The notes beneath the pieces are model-generated. The model was given only the letters and a program-made list of their open reading frames with translations. It made no database searches and was not told the DNA's origin. The position numbers were made by a program, and so were the translations under genes. 64,000 bases of DNA, from the NCBI RefSeq assembly GCF_003334355.1, contig NZ_QOWP01000002.1; one strand, given 5' to 3'. The first letter of the stretch is position 1; every line of letters begins with the position of its first letter. This DNA is from Escherichia coli (GTDB lineage Bacteria; Pseudomonadota; Gammaproteobacteria; Enterobacterales; Enterobacteriaceae). This document shows, one piece after another, positions 8,052 to 18,684 of the stretch.

Positions 8052-10051
8052 ATTCACTACGTCCGGAATTATTAGAACTGACACCGCAGGCCCTGACGGC
8101 GTTAAGCAATGCCGGTTTTGTTAAGCGCAGTCTTAAGGAACTGGAAAATGGCAACGTCCCGGAGATCAGCCATGAGAACGACGCTTTAATCGCCACCTTC
8201 AGTGACGGTGTCCGTACCCAGCTGGCGAACGGCCAGGCACTGAAAGAGGCTCAGTGCAGTTGCGGGGCCAACGGTATGTGCCGTCATCGCGTGATGCTGG
8301 TGTTAAGTTATCAACGACTTTGTGCCACCACTCAGTCTACGGAAAAAGAAGAAGAGTGGGATCCGGCAATCTGGCTGGAAGAACTGGCTACCCTTCCCGA
8401 TGCTACCCGCAAACGCGCACAGGCGCTGGTCGCTAAAGGCATCACCATTGAGTTGTTCTGTGCGCCGGGTGAAATTCCCTCTGCCCGCTTACCGATGAGC
8501 GATGTGCGTTTTTATTCCCGCAGCAGTATTCGTTTCGCCCGTTGTGATTGTATTGAAGGCACACTTTGCGAACATGTCGTACTGGCGGTACAGGCCTTCG
8601 TCGAGGCCAAAGCGCAGCAAGCAGAATTTAACCATTTAATCTGGCAGATGCGCAGCGAACACGTCACATCATCTGACGATCCGTTTGCCAGCGAAGAAGG
8701 CAACGCGTGTCGTCAATATGTTCAGCAATTAAGCCAGACATTATGGCTTGGCGGCATCAGCCAGCCGCTCATCCATTACGAGGCAGCATTCAACCGCGCA
8801 TTGCAGGCGGCAGAGACCTGCAACTGGCGCTGGGTGAGTGAATCGCTACGGCAACTGCGCGCCAGCGTTGATGCCTTCCACGCCCGCGCCAGCCACTATA
8901 ATGCCGGAGAATGCTTACATCAGCTTGCGGCATTAAACAGTCGATTAAATTGCGCACAAGAGATGGCCCGGCGCGACAGTATTGGTGAAGTTCCTCCTGT
9001 GCCGTGGCGCACGGTCGTTGGCTCTGGCATTGCCGGAGAAGCAAAGCTTGATCATCTGCGGCTGGTGTCTTTAGGTATGCGTTGCTGGCAGGATATTGAG
9101 CATTATGGTTTACGCATCTGGTTTACCGATCCCGACACCGGCAGTATTTTGCACCTTTCGCGCAGTTGGCCGCGAAGTGAACAGGAAAACTCACCGGCAG
9201 CTACGCGTCGGCTGTTTAGTTTTCAGGCTGGCGCACTGGCGGGCGGGCAAATTGTTTCACAAGCAGCAAAACGCAGTGCCGATGGCGAGCTGCTGTTAGC
9301 TACCCGCAACCGCTTAAGCAGCGTTGTGCCGCTGTCGCCTGATGCCTGGCAAATGTTGAGCGCGCCGTTACGCCAGCCGGGCATTGTGGCTTTGCGGGAA
9401 TATTTACGCCAGCGTCCCCCCGCCTGCATACGGCCTCTTAATCAGGTCGATAACTTATTTATTCTGCCGGTCGCTGAGTGTATTTCGCTCGGTTGGGATA
9501 GCAGCCGCCAGACGCTGGATGCGCAGGTAATCAGCGGCGAAGGTGAAGATAATCTGCTGACGTTATCACTGCCAGCCTCAGCCAGCGCGCCTTATGCCGT
9601 TGAACGCATGGCGGCGCTTTTGCAACAAACAGACGACCCCGTGTATCTGGTTTCTGGCTTTGTCAGTTTTGTTGATGGGCAATTGACACTGGAACCACAG
9701 GTAATGATGACAAAGACTCGTGCCTGGGCGCTGGACGCAGAAACTGCGCCTGTGGTGGTATCACTACCTTCTGCCAGCGTTCTGCCTGTGCCGTCTACTG
9801 CTCATCAGTTGCTGATGCGCTGCCAGGCGTTACTTATTCAACTGCTCCATAACGGCTGGCGCTATCAGGAACAGAGCGCTATTAGTCAGGCAGAGTTGCT
9901 GGCGAATGACCTCACCGCGGTGGGTTTTTATCGGCTGGCACATGTGTTGGCACAATTTCGTAATACAGAAAGCGAGGCACGGGTAGAAGCAATGAATAAC
10001 GGTGTTTTGCTTTGCGAACAATTATTCCCCATGCTTCAGCAACAAGGATGA
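8048..10051 (+). CDS. yehQ: YehQ, SWIM zinc-finger protein
   Basis: Two CxC-x(n)-CxH motifs: CSCGANGMCRH (8255-8287) and CDCIEGTLCEH (8543-8575). ATG at 8048 overlaps the yehP stop (ATGA). Start is uncertain; the ORF track begins at 8024. Confidence 0.8.
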   Translation: MNSLRPELLELTPQALTALSNAGFVKRSLKELENGNVPEISHENDALIATFSDGVRTQLANGQALKEAQCSCGANGMCRHRVMLVLSYQRLCATTQSTEKEEEWDPAIWLEELATLPDATRKRAQALVAKGITIELFCAPGEIPSARLPMSDVRFYSRSSIRFARCDCIEGTLCEHVVLAVQAFVEAKAQQAEFNHLIWQMRSEHVTSSDDPFASEEGNACRQYVQQLSQTLWLGGISQPLIHYEAAFNRALQAAETCNWRWVSESLRQLRASVDAFHARASHYNAGECLHQLAALNSRLNCAQEMARRDSIGEVPPVPWRTVVGSGIAGEAKLDHLRLVSLGMRCWQDIEHYGLRIWFTDPDTGSILHLSRSWPRSEQENSPAATRRLFSFQAGALAGGQIVSQAAKRSADGELLLATRNRLSSVVPLSPDAWQMLSAPLRQPGIVALREYLRQRPPACIRPLNQVDNLFILPVAECISLGWDSSRQTLDAQVISGEGEDNLLTLSLPASASAPYAVERMAALLQQTDDPVYLVSGFVSFVDGQLTLEPQVMMTKTRAWALDAETAPVVVSLPSASVLPVPSTAHQLLMRCQALLIQLLHNGWRYQEQSAISQAELLANDLTAVGFYRLAHVLAQFRNTESEARVEAMNNGVLLCEQLFPMLQQQG

Positions 10052-10129
10052 AATAGTGCTTTTTACTAAGAGTTCTACTCCAGTTCCGGACTGCTCACGC
10101 CACGGTATTAGGCATATTCTATATAGCCC

Positions 10130-10152
10130 CTGGTGAGAGTCACCAGTTTCTT
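10130..10152 (+). terminator. Hairpin downstream of yehQ (possible terminator)
   Basis: ctggtga-gag-tcaccag stem-loop followed by tttcttg. Confidence 0.4.
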
Positions 10153-10175
10153 GATTAAATAAAATGGAGTTTTAC

Positions 10176-10637
10176 ATGAAGGCTTTCAATAAGCTGTTTT
10201 CCCTCGTTGTTGCATCTGTTCTGGTTTTCTCTCTTGCTGGCTGCGGTGACAAAGAAGAATCGAAGAAATTCAGCGCCAATCTGAACGGCACTGAAATTGC
10301 CATTACCTATGTCTACAAAGGTGACAAGGTGCTTAAGCAATCTTCTGAAACCAAAATTCAATTTGCCTCCATTGGTGCAACCACCAAAGAAGATGCTGCC
10401 AGGGCACTTGAGCCGTTAAGCGCCAAATACAAAAACATCGCGGGTGTTGAAGAAAAATTAACCTATACCGATACCTACGCGCAGGAAAACGTGACTATCG
10501 ATATGGAAAAAGTGGATTTTAAAGCCCTGCAGGGTATTTCAGGAATCAACGTTTCTGCTGAAGATGCCAAAAAAGGTATCACTATGGCGCAAATGGAACT
10601 GGTGATGAAAGCCGCTGGTTTTAAAGAAGTGAAATAA
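10176..10637 (+). CDS. yehR: YehR lipoprotein (153 aa)
   Basis: Signal peptide with lipobox LAGC (MKAFNKLFSLVVASVLVFSLAGCGD). Position and length match K-12. Confidence 0.85.
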   Translation: MKAFNKLFSLVVASVLVFSLAGCGDKEESKKFSANLNGTEIAITYVYKGDKVLKQSSETKIQFASIGATTKEDAARALEPLSAKYKNIAGVEEKLTYTDTYAQENVTIDMEKVDFKALQGISGINVSAEDAKKGITMAQMELVMKAAGFKEVK

Positions 10638-10677
10638 TCTGTCGGCGGCCATGTTTCGCATGGCCGCCATACCCGTC

Positions 10678-11148
10678 TTAGCTTTTCTTCACATGCTGGC
10701 GCGCTGCCAGTCCACGCAGAAAATAACGTAAAAATTGATCGCCGCATTCGCGGAAGTTTTTATGATCCGGTGCACGCATCATCGCCGTAATTTCCGGCAT
10801 CGAAACGCGGAACTGCTGTTCGGTGAGGATCGCCAGAATGTCATCGGTTTTCAGCGAAAACGCGATGCGTAATTTTTTCAGCACGATGTTGTTATTAATG
10901 CGACGTTCCGGCTCCAGTGCCGGAGCAGACTCATCCTTGCCGCGTTTTTCATAAATCAGGCCATTGAGGAATGACGACAAAACAATGTCCGGACAACGCT
11001 GAAAACCCTCTTCGTCTTCTTTACGTAGCCAGACGGCGATCTGTTCCGCGGTGGCTTCGACATTACCCAGCGCCAGAATACGCACCAGGTCATTATTATT
11101 GGCTTTCAAAATATAGCGCACGCTGCGCAGAATATCGTTACTTAGCAT
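10678..11148 (-). CDS. yehS: YehS, DUF1456-family protein (156 aa)
   Basis: ORF trimmed to Met MLSNDILRSV to give the K-12 length. Convergent with yehR. Confidence 0.8.
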   Translation of the reverse strand: MLSNDILRSVRYILKANNNDLVRILALGNVEATAEQIAVWLRKEDEEGFQRCPDIVLSSFLNGLIYEKRGKDESAPALEPERRINNNIVLKKLRIAFSLKTDDILAILTEQQFRVSMPEITAMMRAPDHKNFRECGDQFLRYFLRGLAARQHVKKS

Positions 11149-11194
11149 GAGGCCTTCAGGTGTTGATGAGGCAAAAAGCCATTTTAGCAGTCTT

Positions 11195-11914
11195 TTACAG
11201 GCCAATCGCCTCTTTTAAGCTTTTCAGATAACGGCGGCTGACCGGCACGGTTAAGCCATTACGCAAAATCAACTCGGCCTGGCCGTTATCTTCCAGACGA
11301 ATCTCCTGTAAATGCGCGAGGTTAACCAGATACTGACGATGGCAGCGCAGTAGTGGTGTACGACTTTCCAGGGTACGTAATGTCAATTCGGTAAAGCCCT
11401 CTTTCCCTTCGTGGCTGGTAACGTAGACACCGCTCATCCGACTGCTGACAAATGCCACATCTTTCATTTGCAGCAAATAAATCCGACTATGCCCAGTACA
11501 AGGGATAAATTTCAGCGCCTGTTGATTTTCTGGTAACAGCGAAACATCCTGCTTGCTGCGTTCCTGCCGCAAACGCGCCAGCGTTTTCTCCAGTCGCGCT
11601 TCATCAATTGGCTTCAGCAGATAATCAAAGGCGTGTTCTTCAAAGGCTTTAATGGCGTATTCGTCAAACGCGGTGAGAAAAACAATATACGGACGATGTT
11701 CCGGGTCGAGCATCCCCACCATTTCCAGACCACTGATGCGCGGCATCTGGATATCGAGAAACAGCACATCCGGGCGCAGTTTATGCACCGCGCCGATCCC
11801 TTCCACGGCGTTTGAACACTCACCAACGATTTCAATATCGCTCTGCTCCTGCAAAAATACGCGCAGGTTCTCCCGTGCTAACGGTTCATCATCGACAATT
11901 AAGACTTTAATCAT
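11195..11914 (-). CDS. btsR: BtsR (YehT), LytTR-family response regulator (239 aa)
   Basis: Receiver domain signature [16 protein letters not shown]...LFLDIQMP with a C-terminal LytTR-type region. Start overlaps the btsS stop by 4 nt. Confidence 0.9.
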
Positions 11915-13596
11915 GCCTCGTCCCTCCATGGTAGTCGTAACGTTATTCGGGTGTAACTATCAGGCTCACAGGCGACGCTTATCCCATAGTCATCGCCAAA
12001 CCGTTCACGTAAACGCTTATCCACCAGATTCATCCCCAGCCCACTGGCATTGGTTACCGGTTGATACAAACCGGCATTGTCTTCGATCTCCAGCATTAAA
12101 TGTTGCCCCTCACGTCGGGCGCTGATTGCCACTCGCCCTGTATCCAGCAGTTGTGATGTCCCATGTTTAATGGCGTTTTCCACTATCGGTTGCAGGGTAA
12201 ACGCGGGCAATTGCTGCTGGGATAATTCTTGCGGAATAGCAATGTTGACCTGCAACCGCGACTGGAAGCGCGCCTTTTCAATTTGCAGATAAGCATTCAC
12301 ATGTTCAATTTCGTCGGCGAGAGTAACAAACTCCGAAGGCCGCTTTAAGTTTTTGCGGAAAAAAGTGGAAAGATACTGCACCAGCTGGCTGGCCTGTTCG
12401 CTGTCGCGACGGATCACCGCTTTAATGGTGTTAAGCGCATTAAACAAAAAATGGGGATTCACCTGGGCGTGAAGCAGTTTGATCTCTGACTGGGTGAGCA
12501 TCGCTTTTTGCCGCTCATATTGCCCGGCAAGGATCTGCGCCGAAAGCAGTTGCGCAATCCCCTCGCCCAGCGTGCGGTTGATTGAACTGAATAAACGGTT
12601 TTTGGCTTCATACAATTTGATGGTGCCCATCACCCGCTGATTTTCACCACGCAACGGAATTACCAGCGTCGACCCCAGTTTGCATTGCGGATGCAAAGAG
12701 CAACGGTAAGGTACTTCGTTGCCATCAGCGTAGACCACTTCACCGGTTTCAATCGCTTTTAAGGTATAAGTCGAAGAAATCGGTTTGCCGGGTAAATGGT
12801 GGTCGTCACCAATTCCGGTAAAGGCTAGCAATTTCTCTCGATCGGTAATCGCGACTGCACCAATATCCAGCTCCTGATACAGCACCTGTGCCACTTTCAT
12901 GCTGTTCACTTCGTTAAACCCCTGGCGCAAAATGCCTTCCGTCGAGGCCGCCACTTTCAGCGCAGTGGCAGAAAAAGCTGAAGTGTATTTTTCAAACATC
13001 GCGCGTTTATCGAGCAATATACGCATAAACAGCGCCGCGCCGACGGTATTGGTGACCATCATTGGCGCAGCAATATTACTCACCAGACGTACCGCATCTT
13101 CATAAGGTCGGGCGATCGCCAGGATGATCAACATTTGCACCATTTCAGCGACGAACGTGACGGCACCGGCGGTAATGGGGTTAAAGACTTTATCAGTGCG
13201 CCCGCGACGGATCAGGATGCTGTGTACCAGGCCGCCGAGCAATCCTTCAACGATGGTTGAGATCATGCAACTTAGCGCGGTCATGCCCCCCATCGAATAT
13301 CGATGTAAGCCGCCGGTCAGACCAACCAGCCCACCGACGACCGGACCGCCGAGTAAGCCGCCCATTACCGCGCCTATCGCACGGGTATTGGCAATAGAAT
13401 CGTCAATGTGCAACCCAAACCAGGTGCCCATGATGCAGAAGATGGAAAAGACGATGTAGCAGAGAAATTTATGCGGCAGACGAACCGTGACCTGCATTAA
13501 CGGTATGAATAATGGCGTTTTACTCATTAACCACGCAATGACTAAAAAAACGCACATCTGCTGAAGCAGCAGCAACACCAGATTAAAATCGTACAT
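11911..13596 (-). CDS. btsS: BtsS (YehU), LytS-type sensor histidine kinase (561 aa)
   Basis: Multi-pass N-terminal membrane domain and histidine kinase core ([16 protein letters not shown]). Length matches K-12. Confidence 0.9.
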
Positions 13597-13817
13597 ACCC
13601 GCAAACCACACTTCCCTTTAAAACGCGTAACATACATTGCCTGCGTTTAACTTTCTTTGAACTCTTGCAGAAAAATGAGAATTCGTGAGTACGATCACTC
13701 AAAATCGCCTGGCAAAAATAAAATCACCCTATAGATGCACAAAAAACGGGCAAAACTACCTGGTTCGCAAAACTGCGTCTAAAGTTAAACTGGGACCTCG
13801 CGAGCAAGGGTGAGACG

Positions 13818-14549
13818 ATGGCGCTTTACACAATTGGTGAAGTGGCGTTGCTTTGTGATATTAATCCTGTCACGTTACGCGCGTGGCAGAGGCGTTACGG
13901 ATTGCTGAAACCGCAACGGACAGACGGCGGTCATCGGCTGTTCAACGATGCCGATATTGACCGGATCCGCGAGATCAAACGCTGGATCGACAACGGCGTG
14001 CAGGTCAGCAAAGTTAAAATGCTGCTCAGTAATGAAAATGTTGATGTGCAGAACGGCTGGCGCGATCAGCAAGAAACATTACTGACTTACCTGCAAAGCG
14101 GCAATCTACATAGCCTGCGAACGTGGATCAAAGAGCGCGGTCAGGATTACCCCGCCCAGACACTCACCACACATCTGTTTATTCCTCTGCGCCGACGGCT
14201 TCAGTGCCAACAACCGACTCTCCAGGCGCTGCTGGCGATCCTCGACGGCGTACTGATCAACTACATCGCCATTTGTCTGGCTTCGGCACGTAAAAAACAG
14301 GGTAAAGATGCGCTGGTGGTTGGCTGGAATATTCAGGATACCACCCGTCTGTGGCTGGAGGGCTGGATTGCCAGTCAACAAGGATGGCGCATTGATGTCC
14401 TCGCCCACTCGCTCAATCAACTACGCCCTGAACTATTCGAAGGCCGTACATTGCTGGTGTGGTGCGGTGAAAATCGAACCTCCGCCCAACAGCAGCAACT
14501 CACCAGTTGGCAAGAACAAGGCCATGATATTTTCCCACTCGGCATTTAA
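13818..14549 (+). CDS. mlrA: MlrA, MerR-family transcriptional regulator (243 aa)
   Basis: N-terminal MerR-type HTH (YTIGEVALLCDINPVTLRAWQRRYGLL). Position and length match K-12. Confidence 0.9.
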   Translation: MALYTIGEVALLCDINPVTLRAWQRRYGLLKPQRTDGGHRLFNDADIDRIREIKRWIDNGVQVSKVKMLLSNENVDVQNGWRDQQETLLTYLQSGNLHSLRTWIKERGQDYPAQTLTTHLFIPLRRRLQCQQPTLQALLAILDGVLINYIAICLASARKKQGKDALVVGWNIQDTTRLWLEGWIASQQGWRIDVLAHSLNQLRPELFEGRTLLVWCGENRTSAQQQQLTSWQEQGHDIFPLGI

Positions 14550-14608
14550 TGATTCGTTAACAAATGCGCTTTACTGTACAATCCTTTCGTTAACATAAGG
14601 AGTGCATT

Positions 14609-14716
14609 ATGCGCATAGCTAAAATTGGGGTCATCGCCCTGTTCCTGTTTATGGCGTTAGGCGGAATTGGTGGCGTCATGCTCGCAGGTTATACCTTTAT
14701 TTTGCGTGCTGGCTAA
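14609..14716 (+). CDS. yohO: YohO, 35-aa small membrane protein
   Basis: Read directly from the sequence: atg cgc ata gct ... gct ggc taa, encoding [35 protein letters not shown], preceded by aaggag. Below the ORF-track size cut-off. Confidence 0.7.
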
Positions 14717-15428
14717 GCGCCTGCACCAGCCTTTCAAACAGGCGGTCTGCGATGATCGCCGCCAGTGCCACCAGTAACGCCCCCTGGATCACATACGCGG
14801 TATTAAATCCGCTAAGCCCGATGATGATGGGCGTACCCAGCGTGCTGGCCCCTACCGTTGAGGCGATCGTCGCCGTACCAATGTTGATAATCACCGAAGT
14901 TCGCACGCCCGCCAGAATCACCGGAGCCGCCAGCGGTAGCTCGACCTTACGCAGTCGCTGACCACGACTCATTCCCATACCTTTCGCAACTTCTGTCACG
15001 CTGGCATCAATCGCTCCCAGCCCGGCAAGTGTCGCCTGCAGGACGGGCAGCACACCGTAAAGGATCAAGGCGATAATCGCTGGTTGCAGACCAAAGCCGA
15101 TCACCGGAACGGCGATCGCCAGCACTGCGACGGGCGGAAAAGTCTGTCCAACGGCGGCAATAGTTTCCACCAGTGGGCGAAATTCCGCGCCCCACGGGCG
15201 AGTGACAGCAATTCCGGCACCAGTGCCAATGATCACCGCAAACAAACTCGAAATTCCCACCAGCCAGAAATGAGCCAGTGCCAGAGCTGCAAAACTTTCT
15301 TGCTGATAAACGGGTCGTGGCAGTTGTGGGAACAAGGCAGCAAACAGCGGCTGGCTGTAAGGCAGCCAGAAAATCAGCGCCACAAACAGAGCAATGAGCC
15401 AGAACAGCGGATCGCGCAACATCTTCAT
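14697..15428 (-). CDS. yehW: YehW, osmoprotectant ABC transporter permease (243 aa)
   Basis: Hydrophobic ABC permease. Last gene of the osmF-yehYXW operon by position. Confidence 0.9.
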
Positions 15429-15432
15429 ACGC

Positions 15433-16359
15433 TTACGCCTCCTCCAGCAGATCCTGAAAATGCAGCGTGCCGCAAGGCTGGCCCTGCGTGTTCATCACCG
15501 GCAGCACCTCGCATCCCCGCGCGACAAACAGGGAGAGCGCATCGCGTAGCGTCATCTCTTCTGCCAGTGCCTCACCTTCTGCCCGTTCTTCGCGACGCAC
15601 GTAATCCGCCACACTACGTAACGAAAGCAGGCGCACCCCCAGTTCACTACGTCCAAAAAACTGGCGGACAAAATCATTCGCCGGACGAGTCAGCATCGTC
15701 AGCGGATTCCCCTGCTGCACCACTTCACCGTGATCCATCAATACCAGATGTTCTGCCAGCCTTAGCGCCTCATCAATATCATGAGTGACCAGCACAATAG
15801 TGCGCCCCAGCAAACGGTGAATGCGCGTCATCTCTTGTTGCAACGCGCCGCGCGTTACCGGGTCCAGTGCGCCAAAAGGTTCATCCATCAGTAAGACTTG
15901 CGGATCGGCAGCCAGTGCGCGCGCCACTCCCACACGTTGCTGCTGACCACCGGAAAGCTGATGCGGATAACGCTCACGCAAATTTGACTCCAGCCCCAGT
16001 AGCGCCATTAATTCGTCGATACGATCGTCAATCCGTGCCCGCGACCATTTTTGTAATTGCGGCACGGTAGCGATGTTTTGCGCCACGCTCCAGTGGGGGA
16101 ACAGGCCAATAGATTGAATGGCATAGCCCATCCGGCGGCGCAACTCCAGTACTGGCAGCGAGCGAATTTCTTCTCCGGCAAAGCGGATCACGCCGCTGTC
16201 ATGTTCCACCAGGCGGTTAATCATTTTCAGGGTGGTGGATTTGCCGGAGCCAGATGTGCCAATCAGCACCGAAAAACTCCCTTCCTGAAAATTGAGATTG
16301 AGATCGTTAACGGCTTTTTGTGCGCCGAACAGTTTGCTGACATGGCTAAATTCAATCAT
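15433..16359 (-). CDS. yehX: YehX, osmoprotectant ABC transporter ATP-binding protein (308 aa)
   Basis: Walker [13 protein letters not shown] signature LSGGQQQRV, Walker [12 protein letters not shown]. Confidence 0.9.
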   Translation of the reverse strand: MIEFSHVSKLFGAQKAVNDLNLNFQEGSFSVLIGTSGSGKSTTLKMINRLVEHDSGVIRFAGEEIRSLPVLELRRRMGYAIQSIGLFPHWSVAQNIATVPQLQKWSRARIDDRIDELMALLGLESNLRERYPHQLSGGQQQRVGVARALAADPQVLLMDEPFGALDPVTRGALQQEMTRIHRLLGRTIVLVTHDIDEALRLAEHLVLMDHGEVVQQGNPLTMLTRPANDFVRQFFGRSELGVRLLSLRSVADYVRREERAEGEALAEEMTLRDALSLFVARGCEVLPVMNTQGQPCGTLHFQDLLEEA

Positions 16360-17509
16360 TACGTTTCACCTTCAGCAGTGCGATAAGCAAATCGAACAGC
16401 GCGTCGGTAAGCACCGCCAGAACAATTACCGGGATCACCCCCAGCAACACTAAATCAATGGCGCTGCTTAGCAGCCCCTGGAAAACCAGCGCACCAAAAC
16501 CGCCTGCGCCGATTAACGCCGCAATCACCGCCATACCTACAGTTTGCACCATCACCACCCGCAGGCTGCGCAGAAATACCGGTAACGCCAGTGGTAACTG
16601 AACATGCAGGAATCGCTGCGCCCCGCTCATCCCCATCGCTCTGGCGCTCTCCAGCACATCGCGCGGGATCTGGTTCAAACCGACTACCACGCCGCGCACC
16701 AGCGGCAGCAAGGCATAGAGCACCAGCGCAATCAGTGCGGGTGTCATTCCGGTTCCTGCTATGCCGAGCTTCCCCAGCCACGGAAAGGCCGTAACCAGCG
16801 CGGCAAGCGGCGCAATCAACAGGCCAAAGAGCGCCACCGAAGGCACGGTCTGAATGACATTGAGCAGAGAAAAAATTGCCCCCTGCCGCGCAGTGGAAAA
16901 GTAGCACCAGATGCCCAACGGCACACCAATCACTAACGCAGGCAGCACCGCACCAAACAGCAACGTCAAATGCTGTGCCAGCGCGTCGTCAAACACATCC
17001 TGACGGTTGGCGTATTCTTTCATTAGTGAGAGATCGTTAAGCGTGCCGGAGTACAGCAACCACAGCGGAATAATGGCAATCTGCATATGCAACAACCAGC
17101 GCCACAGCGGATGCGTGGAGATTCGGCGGATGGCATCGCTACAGGCCAGCAATGCCAGCGCCGCAGCCAGCCAGAAACCACTGCCGAGGCTGGTACGCGC
17201 CAGCGCACTGCCATTTTGCGCCAGTTGGGTCGCCGCCTTTCCTGCTCCCCACACCAGCAATACGAAGACGAATTGCGCCAGAATGAGTGCAAAAATGCTG
17301 CCTTTTTTAGCGGGAATAAAACAGGCTGTCAGCCAGGCGCAACCAACGCCCACCAGCATCCAGATCGTTTGCGGCCACAGTTGCCAGAGATGACGCCCTT
17401 CACCCGAGACTAAACGATTAGGCGCGTAACTGATAAACGGCAGCGCCGCTGCGATTGCCGTCAGCAACAGCAGCAGCGCCAGAACAGGATTAATACGTAG
17501 ATAAGTCAC
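16352..17509 (-). CDS. yehY: YehY, osmoprotectant ABC transporter permease (385 aa)
   Basis: Hydrophobic permease. Start overlaps the yehX end by 8 nt. Confidence 0.9.
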   Translation of the reverse strand: MTYLRINPVLALLLLLTAIAAALPFISYAPNRLVSGEGRHLWQLWPQTIWMLVGVGCAWLTACFIPAKKGSIFALILAQFVFVLLVWGAGKAATQLAQNGSALARTSLGSGFWLAAALALLACSDAIRRISTHPLWRWLLHMQIAIIPLWLLYSGTLNDLSLMKEYANRQDVFDDALAQHLTLLFGAVLPALVIGVPLGIWCYFSTARQGAIFSLLNVIQTVPSVALFGLLIAPLAALVTAFPWLGKLGIAGTGMTPALIALVLYALLPLVRGVVVGLNQIPRDVLESARAMGMSGAQRFLHVQLPLALPVFLRSLRVVMVQTVGMAVIAALIGAGGFGALVFQGLLSSAIDLVLLGVIPVIVLAVLTDALFDLLIALLKVKRND

Positions 17510-17515
17510 GGGAAA

Positions 17516-18433
17516 TTACTTCGTCCACCCTTTTTGTTTCAGGTAGTCGGCAGCCACTTTTTTGGCATCCAGTCCTTCCACTGCAATGCTGGCATTCAGT
17601 TGCTGCAATGTTTTTGCATCGAGGCTGGCGAAGACTGGCTGTAGCCACTGTGCCATTTGCGGATACTCTTTCAGCACCGACTCACGCACCACTGGTGCAG
17701 GCGCGTAGATAGGTTGCACGCCTTGCGGATCGCTTAAGGTTTGCAGCCCCAGCGCCGCGACCGGACCGTCAGTGCCGTAAGCCATTGCGGCATTAACGCC
17801 AGAAGTTTGCTGGGCAGCGGCTTTAATCGTTACCGCCGTGTCGCCGCCAGCCAGTGACAGTAACTGATCCTGATCGAGTTTAAAGTCGTAGGCTTTTTCA
17901 AACGCGGGTAACGCATCGGCGCGTTCGATAAACTCTGCCGAGGCTGCCAGTTTGAAGGTGCCGCCCTCTTTCAGATAACGACTCAGGTCAGCAAGCGAAG
18001 TGAGTTTGTTTTTCTCTGCCACATCCTGACGCACGGCGATGGTCCAGGTGTTATTCGCTGGTGCGGGCGTCAGCCAGATTAACTTGTTTTGCTCTGCATC
18101 GAGTTTTTTGACTTTCTCGTAACCTTGCTGCGCGTTTTTCCATGCCGCATCGTTTTCATCTTTAAAGAAGAAAGCGCCATTGCCGGTATATTCCGGATAG
18201 ATATCCAGTTCACCGGAAGTAATCGCCCCGCGCACCACAGGAGTCGTTCCAAGTTGCACTTTATTGACCGTTGGTACGCCGTGGCTTTCGAGTACTTGCA
18301 AAATGATATTGCCGAGCAGCGCGCCTTCGGTATCGATTTTTGAACCGACTTTAACGGGGGAAGCCGCGTGCAGCGGCAGGCTCACGGCTGCCAACAAAAC
18401 CAGTGAACCTGCCCAGACCTTTGAGAGTGGCAT
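17516..18433 (-). CDS. osmF: OsmF (YehZ), periplasmic glycine betaine-binding protein (305 aa)
   Basis: Signal peptide MPLSKVWAGSLVLLAAVSLPLHAAS. First gene of the operon. Confidence 0.9.
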   Translation of the reverse strand: MPLSKVWAGSLVLLAAVSLPLHAASPVKVGSKIDTEGALLGNIILQVLESHGVPTVNKVQLGTTPVVRGAITSGELDIYPEYTGNGAFFFKDENDAAWKNAQQGYEKVKKLDAEQNKLIWLTPAPANNTWTIAVRQDVAEKNKLTSLADLSRYLKEGGTFKLAASAEFIERADALPAFEKAYDFKLDQDQLLSLAGGDTAVTIKAAAQQTSGVNAAMAYGTDGPVAALGLQTLSDPQGVQPIYAPAPVVRESVLKEYPQMAQWLQPVFASLDAKTLQQLNASIAVEGLDAKKVAADYLKQKGWTK

Positions 18434-18562
18434 GATGCTTTCCTCATTCTTTTACTGTTGTTTTCAGCGAATTAAGAGAAAAGCATAGTTGATAATGACA
18501 GAGTTAGCCTGAGCGGAAGGATTCAGTTGCAGAATCAGATAAATACTTAAAGGGCATATTTT

Positions 18563-18614
<52 letters not shown>

Positions 18615-18684
18615 GGCGAAAATTCAGCAAGTTAAGATATGAACATCAGGCAAAGGGCGCAAACGTCGCGCCCTTACTAAAGCA

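Noticed and set aside
15084-15788. 234-aa plus-strand ORF spanning the yehW/yehX junction on the opposite strand
   Set aside because: Antisense to two operon genes; low-complexity translation.
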